NCBI GenBank assembly: GCA_013265495.1
Contig: MU058718.1
Span: forward strand, 868,001-932,000
Length of the DNA: 64,000 bases
From: Vicugna vicugna
Lineage: Eukaryota
Reading direction: 5' to 3'
Shown: positions 48,223 to 61,231 of the stretch, in pieces
Position numbering within the stretch: the stretch's first letter is position 1
How the letters are laid out: every line of letters starts with the position of its first letter
Program-made: the position numbers and the translations under genes
The notes under the pieces: model-generated
What the model was told of the DNA's origin: nothing
Database searches by the model: none
Seen by the model: only the letters and a program-made list of their open reading frames with translations

Positions 48223-50534
48223 AATATCTCTATCATAAGGAGAATATTAACATAGACTAGTGAAATGTACAAATAAATATATAACTATTTTAAAATTATA
48301 AACATGAACCTCTCTTATAACTCTTTTATTTCTAAAAGTAGTATAATATTTAACAATTATCTTATGATCTCTCCTTTTGCTACTTCTACTAGGCATACAT
48401 ATTGATATGTAAAGCTGCCAAATGACAGAAAGATTAGAAAAATTAGATTTTGAATAATACAAAAATTTAATGATCTGAAGTAGTCAATACATTCCTATGT
48501 GATCTGATACGAAACATTGTCCTTTTCTTTTAAAGTTGACAAATGTTATATCAAGGGGATTATAGATATCCCCCTTACGTGAAGATAAGAGAGAGATTTT
48601 AAACTCTTCCATTCTTGACATCTTTTCCGTGCTATTCAGAGAGTTTACATTGGTAAGCTAATGTGTGATATTGTTTTAGAAGCAGCAGCAATTTATAGTT
48701 AGGTTGAAGCAAGTTCTTGTAATAATGACAGGTGCAGTTCAGCACTAATCCATGGGGATCTATGCAACATGGCAAACAATACACTTTCCAAGACGTGTTT
48801 GAATTATGAATCCAGTGGTGGGCGGCCTCTCCGTTCTGTGCAGAATAGCTTTGGTGTGAGTTGATGGAGCATTTTGTACCTGGGATTCAGAACTTTTATG
48901 AAGGCCAATACCCTGAAACTCATTCGAGCAATAAATTCACTTGTCTTTGAGTTTACAAGGCAATAAACAGTGAAGGCCTTTGACCTTAACATTTACTGAA
49001 TACATTTGCAGCAGTTGTGTTTATTGACAACTATTTATAGGGAAGCGTCGGGCACTGCATTTCTTAAGGGGAAGGGAAGACAAATTCTGCAGGTCTTTTT
49101 TAAAAAATAAAAATTCTGAATTTAATTTTTGGCTATTAGACAGATTTTCAGTTTTGGAGCTGGCATTTGATTCTGACTGCATACAAACATGCTTCAGGAA
49201 TTTCTTTCTTTATGACAAAACTTAAAGAAGACTCATAAGGGAGAGGACTAACACTGCAGTGAATGCTTGCTTGTTCAATTCAGTGGGTGCTTGCATTTTG
49301 AAAGTAGGACAGAAGGCAATGGTAAAGAGATTTTAAGTTTTTTCCCATGAATTCATTGTATGTCATGGAGTAACTTCTCTTCTGTATAAACATCCGGTTA
49401 TGTAGAACAATAATACTGGGTCTACCAGAGTTGTTGAGGGAATTTATTCATCCCAAGTACATTATGCATTTTGAGTTTCGTGAGTTAAAAACATGAAAGT
49501 AAAAGAGGAATCCTTATTATTGAAGTAATTGCTGTGTCATGAAAAAGGCAGCCAGTAGCTCTTTTTTCTTCCTGAAAGTTAAGAGGGATTACTATTGCTC
49601 TGCATTGCAGATGGGGAATTAGGTGCAAGGCAATCAAGAATTCTGTTTCCTAGAGGGTGAGTCATAGTGATGGCCACCACTGAATTAGAAAAGATGCTGC
49701 AGGCACCTGGGTACCAGCAAGAAGCAACCATCATGGGAAGGGTCACTTTTACTCAAAGAGATTCCTCCGAGCCTACTTTTCACCATAGACTCAACCACAG
49801 TTACTTCCCACCAGGAGGAAGCCGGTACCCACAATGGCTGAGGAAAGCAAGTAACCCCTTCTTATGACACTATTTGAACATGTTTGAAATAGGGAGCAAT
49901 CCCTTGCTGATTTTGGTGGGGCTCATGCCTTGGAGAACACGATGTGCTGATCATTATCTTAACATCTGGTGATGGTGGGAGTACTTGAGAGGGCAGTTAA
50001 CAGAATCCATCCTTCCTAGATTCCACAGTACCACTGACACACTCTCAGTAGATGAATTCTGCAATAACAGCGCTTGGCAGCCTTGCAGTTAGTTTTAAAA
50101 AGTTCGGCTCACAAAATTCTTTGCAAGCTTTCTTCTCACAGGAGGAGCAAACTACAAACAGAGCAAGAGAAGAACGTGTTTTTTGAGTCACGTTGTCACT
50201 TTGTATTAGACAGTGTATCTGTGGACCCCCCCATTAAGGTGCGGACTGCATTTTAGCTCATTGGCTTGAATATGGGCTTGCTTATGTGTCTGCTTTTACA
50301 GCTTGTGAAAGAAATGTTTCATCTGCTTGTTGAGGGGAGTAGGGTAGGATGGGTTTGGTTTAGCTAGGTAAACCTGGTGTTATGGTGTCAGCAGTTAATG
50401 GTTCTAGTTAGCTCTGCCTAGAGAAAATACATGTTTCAATTTCACAGGCTACCCTCTTACAAATGTGGTCATTGTTTGAGGAGTGGAGGAATGGTGGGAG
50501 TGATACAGGACAGCTCATTTATTAAGACTGGAAA

Positions 50535-50677
50535 ATAATGGAGTATAATCTGCAAAAACACTGAATCACTATGCTGTACACCTGAAACTAATATAATATT
50601 GTAAATCAACTATATTTCCATTTAAAAAAAGGACTGAAAATGCCAAAAAAAAATGCATTTCAACTTAAAAAAAAAAA
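50535..50677 (+). mobile_element. Short L1 3' end with composite A-tail
   Basis: ctgaatcactatgctgtacacctgaaactaat...gtaaatcaactata; TSD AAGACTGGAAA at 50524-50534 and 50678-50688. Confidence 0.85.
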
Positions 50678-50904
50678 AAGACTGGAAAGGTGATTCCCAG
50701 AGCAGGTGCTATTGTTAGAAATCAGCTGGTGAGGTTAAGGACCAATAACTGGAATCACTGTTATTTCATAGAATACGGAATTTTACACTATCTTTTCAAT
50801 AATTATTCTATATTTGTTAAGTGTTGAATAATCTTACCAGCTTTATAATGTTTCAACATGGTCATGTCCCATTGAAATTAGTTTCATCTCAACTTAGTCA
50901 TTTT

Positions 50905-51119
50905 TTCAATGTGACTTGCTTTATTTTTATTTTTAATTGAAGTATGGTTGGTTTATAATGTGTCAATTTCTGGTGTACAGCATAATGTTTCAGTCATACA
51001 TGTACATACATATATTCCTTTTCATATTCTTTTTCATTATAGGTCACTACAAAATGTTGAATAAAGTTCCCTGGGCTATACAGTAGAAACTTGTTATCTG
51101 TTTTATATATAATATCAAA
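50905..51119 (-). mobile_element. Short L1 3' end with TSD
   Basis: aattgaagtatgg...tttctggtgtacagcataatg; TSD TTAGTCATTTT at 50894-50904 and 51120-51130. Confidence 0.85.
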
Positions 51120-52213
51120 TTAGTCATTTTGGTGGCATGGTTCTGGCCTGTCATTGAAGACGACGCTGTACATGGAGTCACGGAGTTGTGCAATGATATT
51201 AGTTAGGTAAAGCAAGTAGCTGCTTTCTCAGGTTATCACATGTAATTCCTTTTTCCAGTTCAAGAACATATCTTGTTTTAAACAACTCTTTGAAAGGCAG
51301 CCAAAGAAAAGGTTGGCTCAGATTATGCCCTCACCAGCCTTGTTTATGGGATATAGTGTTCCAGTACTGGGAGGAAGATGATAAAGAAAAGCTGGCTTTG
51401 GGAGTTGTGTAGGAATATGTGTTCATGTATTTAAATTCCACGTGAAAAAGTAAAACCCAAAAAGAAAGACTAAAACAGAAGAACATCACAGTAGGATTAT
51501 TGATTACTATCTTACATTCAGATGCAGGTCCTGAGGAAAGAGTGCAGTTCTGATAGCTGTCAGTGCAAAGAGCACATGAGTAAGAGCTATCTAACGCAGG
51601 ACTATGTGGTGTCCCTTTTGATGGACTGAAGCTGAGGCAAGAATATGAAAAATGACACGAAGAAGAATTGCAGGAATTCTGTTTTCTTTCCTGATCACTC
51701 TTATCAAATACACTGGAAAACAATAAACTTTTCTTTGAAAGCCAGTTTCTCAAGGGAGGCAGAATTGTTTTTGTGATTCAGCCAATCTCACATTAACTTT
51801 GGGGCACTCACCTCGAAAAAACGGGAAGCTTAACTCCCGGAAAAAAACCAGGAACTCCCTGAAACAACTCAAAACTTCCCAGAAAGTGGTGCACCCAGCC
51901 TTGTGTCAGAAACAAACAGAAAACAAATCTAAAGGCTGCGGAAACCTGTTTGTTAAGCAACGAGGGGAAATGCCCTCAGCCAGACAGTCTAAACGCAGGA
52001 ATGTTGGGCAGGAGATCAGATCCACAATCGGAAGGGGAGAAGAGGATGATAAGGCTGCAAAGAAAGCAGCATCGGTGACCAAAACTGGTTTCAGAGGTAA
52101 AGTGAGGAGGGCCAGGATGTTTATGATACGATCGCACTGTGCCGCTAAATCCTGGCACACACTGCATCACAGGAGCGGTGACTGAGAGGCACCGGCGGCG
52201 CAAAGACCCAGCA

Positions 52214-52225
52214 TGCGCATGCGCA
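52214..52225. promoter_or_regulatory. Perfect NRF1 consensus site
   Basis: TGCGCATGCGCA palindrome in a small CpG-retaining patch; function not shown. Confidence 0.6.
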
Positions 52226-54394
52226 AGTGGGGAGCTTACCAAGTGCTTGGGTGCGAATGAAACACGTCTCATTTAATGACAGTCTTCCTCATTCTCAGCA
52301 GGGCATCTCACTTCTGTAGTCAGTACCAACATGTTGGTTGTCTAACTAGGGTTATGGATGACCCACATTTTGAACTCAAGACTTAAGACATGCGAGGCTC
52401 ATTTCCAGATGTGAATAGGAAGATCATTTTTGTGAGGCGGGGATTTTATTCAAGATGACTTACCTTTTCATCCAACGTAGGTGTACTTCAGTTAGCTTCA
52501 AGGCAAGATCTTTTCATGCTTCTCTTTCTCCTCTTGGTTTTTTTGGAAGTGTAACCTTTTGGGGGAAGATGGCCACTTTGAACATTACCAGCATGTTTGT
52601 GAGTTTTTAGTTTATGGCCCCAGTTCCCACCGTGCCCACAATGATAAGAACACTGGGGAGCCTCCACGTGTACCCGAGGTGGTGTGAGCGCGTCTGGCCC
52701 CTCTGTGCAGCTGGATATTTGAGACTTCCCAGTCATCACTTTTGATTCCGCCCACGGAGAACACAGATATGAACAACTACCGGCCCGGGGTTCAATCGAA
52801 GCTAAAATGTATTTCAAGGTGTTCTGAAGCTTGTTTTCGGCCAATCTTGCTGACGGGGAAGTTTTCAGGTGTCCACATGTGGAAGCCGAACATTGCTGCT
52901 GAGTGGGAATTGTCAGTAAGTGGAAATCAGTGGCTGAGTACCTTAGCCTCTCTTCTTGTTCAACATTAATCTCAGGACTACGTTTATAGGCTGATTCCAG
53001 ATGTGCTTGACTCTAAGGCTGAATTTTCAGAGGTGGCAGGTGGTGTGTTTACCTCAGCAGAAAGAAGGTCAAATTGTATGATAGATCTCAGGGCAAATGT
53101 CTGACTACCCCAGGGGAGTGCCTGCCGGATCATTTGGCTGCAATCTGGCCCAGAAGCTGGAGGAGAGTGGGCTCACCCCCGGGAGTGGGGAAGAGGTGTC
53201 GTTCTCCACGGCTGCGATAGAGGTCGCAGTTTGAAAGGAAAGTGCTACGTCGGGGAAGTGAAATACGAGCTTTTAACGTGGTGTCCCCCGGGGTCATTCC
53301 TCTCCGTGCTCCACTCTAAGCTGCTGGCTGGCTCTTGGTGTTGTTATTCTGCAGCCATGGTATTTGGTGAGCTCTGTTTTTAGGAACACTTAATTGGTTT
53401 GACCTGCCCCACTGCTTCTTACACGAGGGGGAGCATTCCAGGAACAGAGCTCAAGACTCCAGCTTCTCAAACTTGAGAAATGTACAGACCTTTTTAAAGG
53501 GACAATTTTGTTTTTGTGCATCTCTGGTGTTGACTTCCAGTCGTTCTATTATTATACTCTGTATACACATCCATATACATGTAAAGATAGACATATATTC
53601 TTAACGCTTACAAAACCAATACTATTCAAATTCACAATATAAATCAAATAGCGTAGATGGAGTCATTTTGCTAAATCCCACATCCCTGATTCACAGTAGA
53701 AACACAAACTTGAGATCCGGTCCTGTAGTTAATTTGTCTTTTTAACTTCAGTGATGCTAGTTCAGAGAATTTCTGTACATGCATGTGAGTTGTAGGAAAA
53801 AGATTGGCAACTTCAAGGCATTGTTAGTTTATGAAAGTCAGACCTCATGTTAAATCTAAGATTTGCTGAAAATAAATTTTTCAAACACCCGTCTTAATGA
53901 GGCATCAGTTAATTGTGTGAAGGTGTTTTTTTGCACTAGAAAGTAAGACGAACATCACAGTGCATTGAAATCTGCATCAAATGGATATCTGGTTCAATGA
54001 TTGCTGAAACTGGGACTAGAAATATTCTTCATGGGTTATTTGCTGTTACACTTGTGGTAACAAACTGCTGCAGATAGTTATGTACAAAGACAGGTGCCAC
54101 TTAACACATTAGATCACATTTCAAATGGAACACAGACCGTTATGGCAAGGGTTCTTTTGAGCAATGTATGCCTATATTACTAAGTGCCTTATGATGACTC
54201 AATTCCTCCACCAATGTTTTTGAAGTGAAGTACCTCTAGATGATCACATGTGGATGGCATACTGTGGAAAGACAGAAGTAGGCTTGGTCATCCCAGAGCA
54301 GGGTTCAGTTCTAAGGCACCAGCAAGATGATTCAGAATCGGCTTATGTTACATATTTTTTCTTATGTGAAAAAAATAAGCTAAAAATTCTAGTA

Positions 54395-55000
54395 CAGCAC
54401 AATGACCAAAAGATGGGAACAACCCAGATGTCCATTCATGGGTGAATGGAAAATTAAAACACAGTGTATCCGTACAATGGAATATTATTCACCATCAGAA
54501 AGGAAGGAAATTCTGACACATTCTGCAGCATGGATGCTCCTTGAAAACATTTTGCTAAGTGAAACAAGCCAGTTACAGAAGAACAAATATTGTCAGATTC
54601 TGCTTATATGAGGTACCTAGAGTAGTCAAATTCATAGAGACAGAAAGTAGAATGATCATTGCTGGGGGTTTGGAGGAGAGGGGAATGAGGAGTTAGTGTT
54701 TAATGGGTGTAGAGTTTCAGTTGGGAAGATGAAAAAGTTCTGGACATGATGGTGGTGATGGCTGCACAACAGTGTGAATGTACTTAATGCCATTGAGCTG
54801 TACACTTAAAAATGGTTAAATGGTCATATATGTAAACTAAAAAAATGTACAGTATACTGTGTATATGTATTTACATGCAATATAATGTGTATGTGCAGTC
54901 GAACTGTAATAATTCTACCTAATAAAACTGAAAAAGGGAAAAAAAAGACTAAAAAATAGTTAAATGGTAAATTTTATGTTATGTGTATTTTACCATAATA
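54395..55000 (+). mobile_element. L1MB-like 3' UTR fragment
   Basis: caacccagatgtccattcatgggtgaatgg...tatgaggtacctagagtagtcaaattcatagagacagaaagtagaatg...aattttatgttatgtgtattttaccat. Confidence 0.9.
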
Positions 55001-56219
55001 GAAAGAGCCATTTCAGACACCCAGGAATACTGCAGTCTGAGAAACACTGCTCTGGACTGTGACTGCCTGATGTGTGTCTGGGCACGGGGGCTAGTCCACT
55101 GTCCTTGGTGAAGAGGAAAAGACAGGCTGTTGTCTGAGTTTTTCATCAAGGGAAGTTTATTTTTCAAATTTTCATTTATTCTAGGTGTATGTTTATGCCA
55201 CTTCTTTTTTTGTGGGGTGGAGGGGATACTAACAATCTTCTAACTTTTGCTAAATGAAGAGAGGAGCAGTTGATGATGGTGGCTGTTTTTCTCTAAGGTA
55301 CGGATTTAGCCAAGTAGGTAGTTGGGAACACAGATTGTTATCCCCCAACTAAAAGGTTATTTAAAACACCGATTAGTGAAATCCTGAAGTCTTAGAACTG
55401 CTGCTTTTAAAAACTGGCATGTGGTCCTGTTATTCCTTCCCATTTTGATGGCTATACTTACTCAAGGTGCATTGAACGGGAGAAAAATTATAGCTTAGCA
55501 TTCTCGAGCCAGATTCCACCATCTCCCTCAGCGGCCTTTGCAAAAACATAAGGACCTATACAGATGTAAGCTGTTGTTAACTCTCCTTCAATATTTATTG
55601 AACACCTATGGTAGGCTTGGGAAACAAAGATGAATAAGGTTTGGTCCCTGCCCTGGAGGAGCCCATGGCCCAGCAAGGGGGCAGTCCCATAACCAACTGT
55701 ATAACACGATGTGATAAATTCTGTCACAAAGAGATGGCCAAAGTGCTACGGGAGCACAAAGGAGGGGGTAGTAAAACCGTAACATTATCCCAATGTTTTA
55801 CAACTTTTATAGGAAGGAAATATATTGTCTAAGACTTGAAGTCAAACCTTCTGGCTGAGGGGTGGATCCATTTCCCCTCATTTTGACCCCAGATTAGAAA
55901 ACAAATCACCCCTGCAGGACGTGGGCATCAATGGATCGTGAATTCAGGGTGCGGGTCTGTGATGGAAGGCAAGGTTAGAGGAGATGGCATATATCAAGGC
56001 TGAGGTGTGTCAGAGGGAAGAGTTAGGGGCCCATGAGGTGGGTGGACCAGTCAAGAAGCAGGGTGGCCCAGACCCCAGAGAACAGAGCAAGGCAGGAGGG
56101 CTATACCCCAAGCCCATACAAGGACCCCAAGTGGCAAAGGGGCAGTAGCACAGCTAGGATGCATTATTAGGAACTGAGCTGATCACTGAAACAAAGGGAT
56201 TGACTCCATAGGAAAAATG

Positions 56220-56430
56220 ACAATAGGCAGTATTTATTGAAGGCTTACTGTGTTCTGGGCTCTGTGTGAACATCTATCCTTTTATTTAATCTTCACAGGA
56301 ACCCTGGGGATATTAATACAGTTGTTATCCCCATTTTACAGATGAGATAACTGAAGACTTAGAGCGGTTACTAACTTACCTGAAATCACAAAAGTAGGAC
56401 ACTGTACAGGTAGAGCCAGGGCTTGGACCC
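56220..56430 (-). mobile_element. MIR SINE
   Basis: atccccattttacagatgagataactgaagacttagag. Confidence 0.8.
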
Positions 56431-56499
56431 GGACCTGCAGGACCTGAAACTCATCCCCTCAGTCCTGCCTCTCACACCCTCCTGCCTTCCAGCTGAGGG

Positions 56500-57400
56500 T
56501 CTCCAGCTGGGTATTCCACCAGCACCTCTTAGTTAATGGGTGAAAATAAAATTCCTGCCTTTGCTGTCCACTCCGGCCAGCCTCCCTGTTTTCCTTCTCT
56601 TAGGCTTAAAGCCCCAGCTTTATCTTCTTTCTTTCTACTTCTTGCTTGCCACAGCCAGAGGCTGCCTGGTCTTCTTGGCGTCTGCCCCTAACTCTCCATT
56701 CCTATTTCTGCGGCTGCAGTCCAGACCCACGCTGCCTCTCACCTGCTAATTGGCTCCAGCTTACTAGTCTCCACCGTCACCAATTAACGAGAACTCTGCT
56801 GCCAGATAAAGCGGCTTTTAAAGCTCAGCTCTGATTACATCACTCTCCGCTCAAAATTTAATCTATGAATAATAACAATGGATTTCTTCCTATGGACTCA
56901 AAAGACTGCTCAGCTTCCTTGGTTAGGCACTCAAGGCCTTGAACGATATCCCTCGGCCCAACTTTCCAATATTAAACTGCAACAAGTTGCCTTCTCATCC
57001 CTTTTTGTTCCCTTGTATCCTTTCATTCCAAGCAAATTCTTCCTGACGACTTACCCCTTACCTCTGTGCCTTTATTTATGCGCTACTGTTTGCCTGAAAG
57101 GTGCTCTCCATCATCTCTACCTGCCACATCCTAACTGCTGTTCTGGGTCAGTTTCAGATGCCACTTTTTCCCTGAAGACACTCCTCTCATCCTTATTGGA
57201 AGTGACCTCTCTTTCCTTAGGATGCTGGTGGCATCTTATACAGTGTAAGGCCATAGTCCCGTGCTGCCTGTTACTTCACATATATTAACTCCTCCCATTA
57301 GATTTTTGACTCCCTGAAGATAGGGATCTTGTCTTACTCATATTTTGGTTCTCCTGAGTGCCTACCCCGGAACTCAGACATACATTGAAGGAATGGATGG
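56500..57400 (+). mobile_element. Degraded L2 fragment
   Basis: tctgattacatcactctccgctcaaaa...cactcaaggcctt...gatgccactttttccctgaagac...gatagggatcttgtcttactcat. Confidence 0.6.
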
Positions 57401-59950
57401 GGTTGGAAGAGGTTGGTACATGGAAAAATGGGGAGCTGAGAGAAAACTGGGTTCTAGCCACATGATCAGTACCTCAGGTGCCCCTGGAATTTTTCTTGAA
57501 GAAATAACTCCAACTTCATCCATATAATTTTGTCTTAGGTTTTGCTCTGTGGCTATCTCATCACACTGTCTTCTATTTCTTCTTCATCAGATCATTTTCT
57601 CTTCACTCTCTTTTAGGATTAAATCAACTCTTCTCAATCATTCCAGAAACTCATTTATCCTTACTTCAAGGATTTATGTTTTATATATCATAAAACTATT
57701 CTTACCGCCTTGTGTCATTTACATTTTGGGCCATTTAAGTTTGTGGTTATGTGTCCCTGTCCTATATCCCCTAGTTAGTCTCTTTACTGAGGGCAGAGCC
57801 ATTGTGTGGCGCAATGTCAGGGCCACAACATCAGTAGCCTGTGTGGATGGTGTTGTCTGGAGCTGAGTAGCGCTTAGCCTGCTCTACAGTCTGACAGTCT
57901 TGACTGTGGACCCACAAAAGTCAGGTGCGTGTTTGGCTGCTTTCTGGCCATTTCATAAGCCATCGTGGGCTCATTTGGATCCTGGGTATCTCCAACAGGG
58001 TTGATGGGAAGCCAACTATGTGCTGGTTTCTTCAGCCATTCCTAGAATTTCAGGAAAGCAGGCTCCTGTGTGGACATCCAGCCCTTGTCTGGTCTGTTAC
58101 TGCACGTGCAGAGATGCCGCGGACTGCCGATGTGAGAGCTAGGAGCCTGAGAAACCACTTGCAGGTGCTAAATTTCCCATTTGGGCATTCAGATTGGCAT
58201 CAAGAGGAGAAAATACTTGGATTCCAACAGCATTGCCAATTATGAGAAGTTAGTTGTGGCCTTTTGTGTCAAAATTATGTGCTTGTTTAAGCCCTGGGTA
58301 CTATGGTGATCAGTCCTGTGTAAACACAAAGACAAATAACGCTTTATATTGGTCTACCACCTGTGCCTGTCAAGTTACCTAATCGCTCCTTAGTAAGCCT
58401 ACTTTTCATGGAATAAATGTACCAGGCAGTGTAATGAGATGTTTCCCCGATGAGCATTGGGACTGCTTACTCCCACTTGGGATGCCCAGCCCTCTGAATT
58501 CCACGGTAACTAGGGACGGAGCTTTCCTGCAGAGGAGTCATGGTGTGCAATTTTCTTGGAACTCAATGTGAGTTTGAAAGGAAAAATGACCCAGAGGAGG
58601 ACAAGCAAGAATAGACAGCCCATTAGCAGCCGAACCATATGACAAAGTAAAAAGCAACTTCAGAGCTGTCAGCGCAACAGCTGGGGGAGCATGCCAAGAA
58701 GCCAGATGCTGCTGCTAAAAGACTATTTTCCACAAAGTCTGGGCCTGTGATGTTCATCTCAGCCCCATGTGTGGCCCTGGGCATGGGGCTTTATTGCTGG
58801 ATGAAGTAACAAAGGTGAGGAGAATGGGGGGGATTGCATGTGTGCCTGGGGGCTGACTTATAAAGTTAAAGCAGACAATAAGAAGTGGAAATCCTGTTCA
58901 TTATAACCTACCAACATTATTAGGAATTTGAACTCCATACGTACCCCCTCTATAAGGGCTTCATTTGGAAAACTTCCTAACAAGTGGCCTATTTTAATCT
59001 GAAGCTAGATACTAAGTTGATGAGATCCCACTGCTAGATCACCCTACCCGACTTTCTAGATTTTTTGTGTTCCCAGGAATATTCATATATGTGACGTCTC
59101 CTGGTATTGACCTTTGTCCCAGAGAAGTGGAATTTGTTCTCATTTTACTAAAGAGAATCTGACCGACTTAAAGGAATTTAAAGTGGCTTGCTTAAAGTTG
59201 TTCCATTTGACATCTCCAGGTATAGACCTTCCTGTGTGCTGAAGCCTTTTCCTCAGCCCTTACCACTAGGCTGCATTTTCCTGCTCTTTCCCTCAACTGT
59301 CTTACTCCTCCAATTCACCTGTTTCCATCACGTGTTCCCTTTTCTCTCCTCACTACCCTGGGCTCATGATATGTGAAACCAATATATTTCTTTCCTGCCC
59401 AAAAGACTACTGGGTGAGTCATTTCTTGATTTTTTGGAAGAGAAAAGCATTTTTGAAAAGTTATTTGTACTGGAGAGAATTTGTGGAAACAGGCTGAACA
59501 GACCCTTCAAAAAAATCTCGAGGTGTGAGGGAAGGATTCTTTCTGCCTCAGGCAAATAGAGTAGTCTGAAGAGAAATTGTAGAAATCAAGTTTTATGCAT
59601 TTCCTAAAGACTTTCTTCAGGGGATGTGAATGTCTCCATGGAGGGGAGCTGGATTGAAGGAATTTTTAGGATGCCTGTTTCTTGGTTTAATCCCCCCACT
59701 GACAAGGCAAATGTGGGACCAATGTAAAGTGTGGGGCAGTCTAAAACGAGATACCCTGTAGCTGGTAAGGAGCATGGTTCTGCCTTGCCACATTTTTATG
59801 TGGTTGGCATAGTTTGAAGATCCTGGTGTTGGCTGGTCAGGCTATTGAGCACCTGGGCATGAATTTTAAACAGGTATAAGGAGGCATTTTCCTCATTAAT
59901 TTTCTCCCCTTTCTGAGCTTTTCTTCTGTTACAGAGCAACAAGCACCACC

Positions 59951-60490
59951 TATCTTAGCTTGAATTGCCTCCAGAAAGCAGAGCCAATAGATAGAGTTTA
60001 TGTGAAGGTAGTTTACTTTGTGAAGTATCCTAAGGGATAGGAGTGTGTGTGTGTAGGGAGGACTGGGAACAGTGAAACAGGGAGAGAGGAAAGCCAAGGC
60101 ACAGGGACATCATTGAGATGGTCACCCAGTGGGTAACTGGGGCTCAGTCCTACTGGGAATCCCCTGAGGAGCTGTGGAAAGTGCACCTCAGAATTATCCA
60201 CTCAAGGGACAGACAAGAGGAGCATTTGTCTACTGGTTCCTGTTCCATATGTCAAGGGTTGTCCCATGGGATTAATTTCCTCACACTTCCAGGTTTGTGC
60301 ACACGTGAGTGCCAAGGTGTCCGGCAAGGCACTGTGTCAGAGAAGCTCCGGGCAGAACAGGAGCGATCCTGGGTGCAGCTGAGGTGAGGTTGCTGCTGGG
60401 TGCACCTGTGTGCAGCTGGTTGCCACAGCAGCTACTTGGGTCAAAGGTGGGCTGAGAGGATAGAGGTGGAACACACAGGTATCTGACAGT
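59951..60490 (-). mobile_element. ERVL LTR (LTR16-like)
   Basis: cagaaagcagagcc...aggtagtttactttg...tgggtaactggggctcagtcctactggga...cacctcagaattatcc. Confidence 0.65.
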
Positions 60491-60739
60491 CAGGGCCTTG
60501 ATCCAGGTGTGGCCCTGAGGAATCTCAGGGTGGCTTTGAGATTCAAGGCACAGCACCGTTCTTAGGCAGGTGGTAAGCCCTCCACAAGGAACAGGTCATG
60601 GAAACCGGTGAATTATTTTGGATTCCCTCTGTTTCACTGATTTTTCTCTAAAGTTCTGCTGTAGGACTACAGGGTACTCTATTTTCCCCGCATTGATTTA
60701 GACGCAGGGCAACATGGGAACATGGCTTGGTGTTTGGCT

Positions 60740-61231
60740 GATCACTTCCTGCGCTGCCTGGTGTATGAGTCAGGGTCCCAACGGCATGCTCAAGAGGATA
60801 TGCAAAGAGATGAGCGTACTCACAAAGGTCTGGGTACAGTTCCAGGAAAACAGCACTAGTGGGAAGTCTTATCACCTTTAGGCTGCAGGAACGAGAGGAG
60901 GGAGCAGTTCCCAGGCCCTGAGAGCTGTAGTTGTAGCTGGAGGAGAGGGCTATGGGAGGGAAGCTGTGGTCTTCAGGAGAAAGACATGTCCAATCCATGG
61001 AGACCAGCGGGAAAGGAGCTGGGAAAATAAATACCTTGAATTCACTCTTTTCTTGCCCTCTGATCTTTAGCTGGTGACTCCCATTGCCTAAACCCAACTA
61101 GAAGCCAGAGTGCAAGGGAGCCCAGGATAAAATTCATGTGGGTCAGCCTTTCTGGGCTCAGAGCAGAGTGGAGAAGGGAGGAGGGTGGATCTGGAGGGAC
61201 AAAAGGAGGACATGCACTGAGGCTGGCACAC
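60740..61231 (-). mobile_element. ERVL LTR (LTR33-like)
   Basis: ctcccattgcctaaacccaactagaagccagagtgcaagggagccca...gggtggatctggagggacaaa. Confidence 0.7.

Noticed and set aside
51799..52185. 128-aa basic ORF next to the NRF1 site
   Set aside because: TTG start, Lys/Arg richness follows from A-rich sequence, no homology recognised
52488..52844. 118-aa minus-strand ORF
   Set aside because: Non-ATG start and stops in all three frames shortly before the downstream donor; better explained as non-coding
54402..54611. ORF resembling the L1 ORF2 C-terminus (also 30462-30710)
   Set aside because: Degraded L1 remnant, not a host gene
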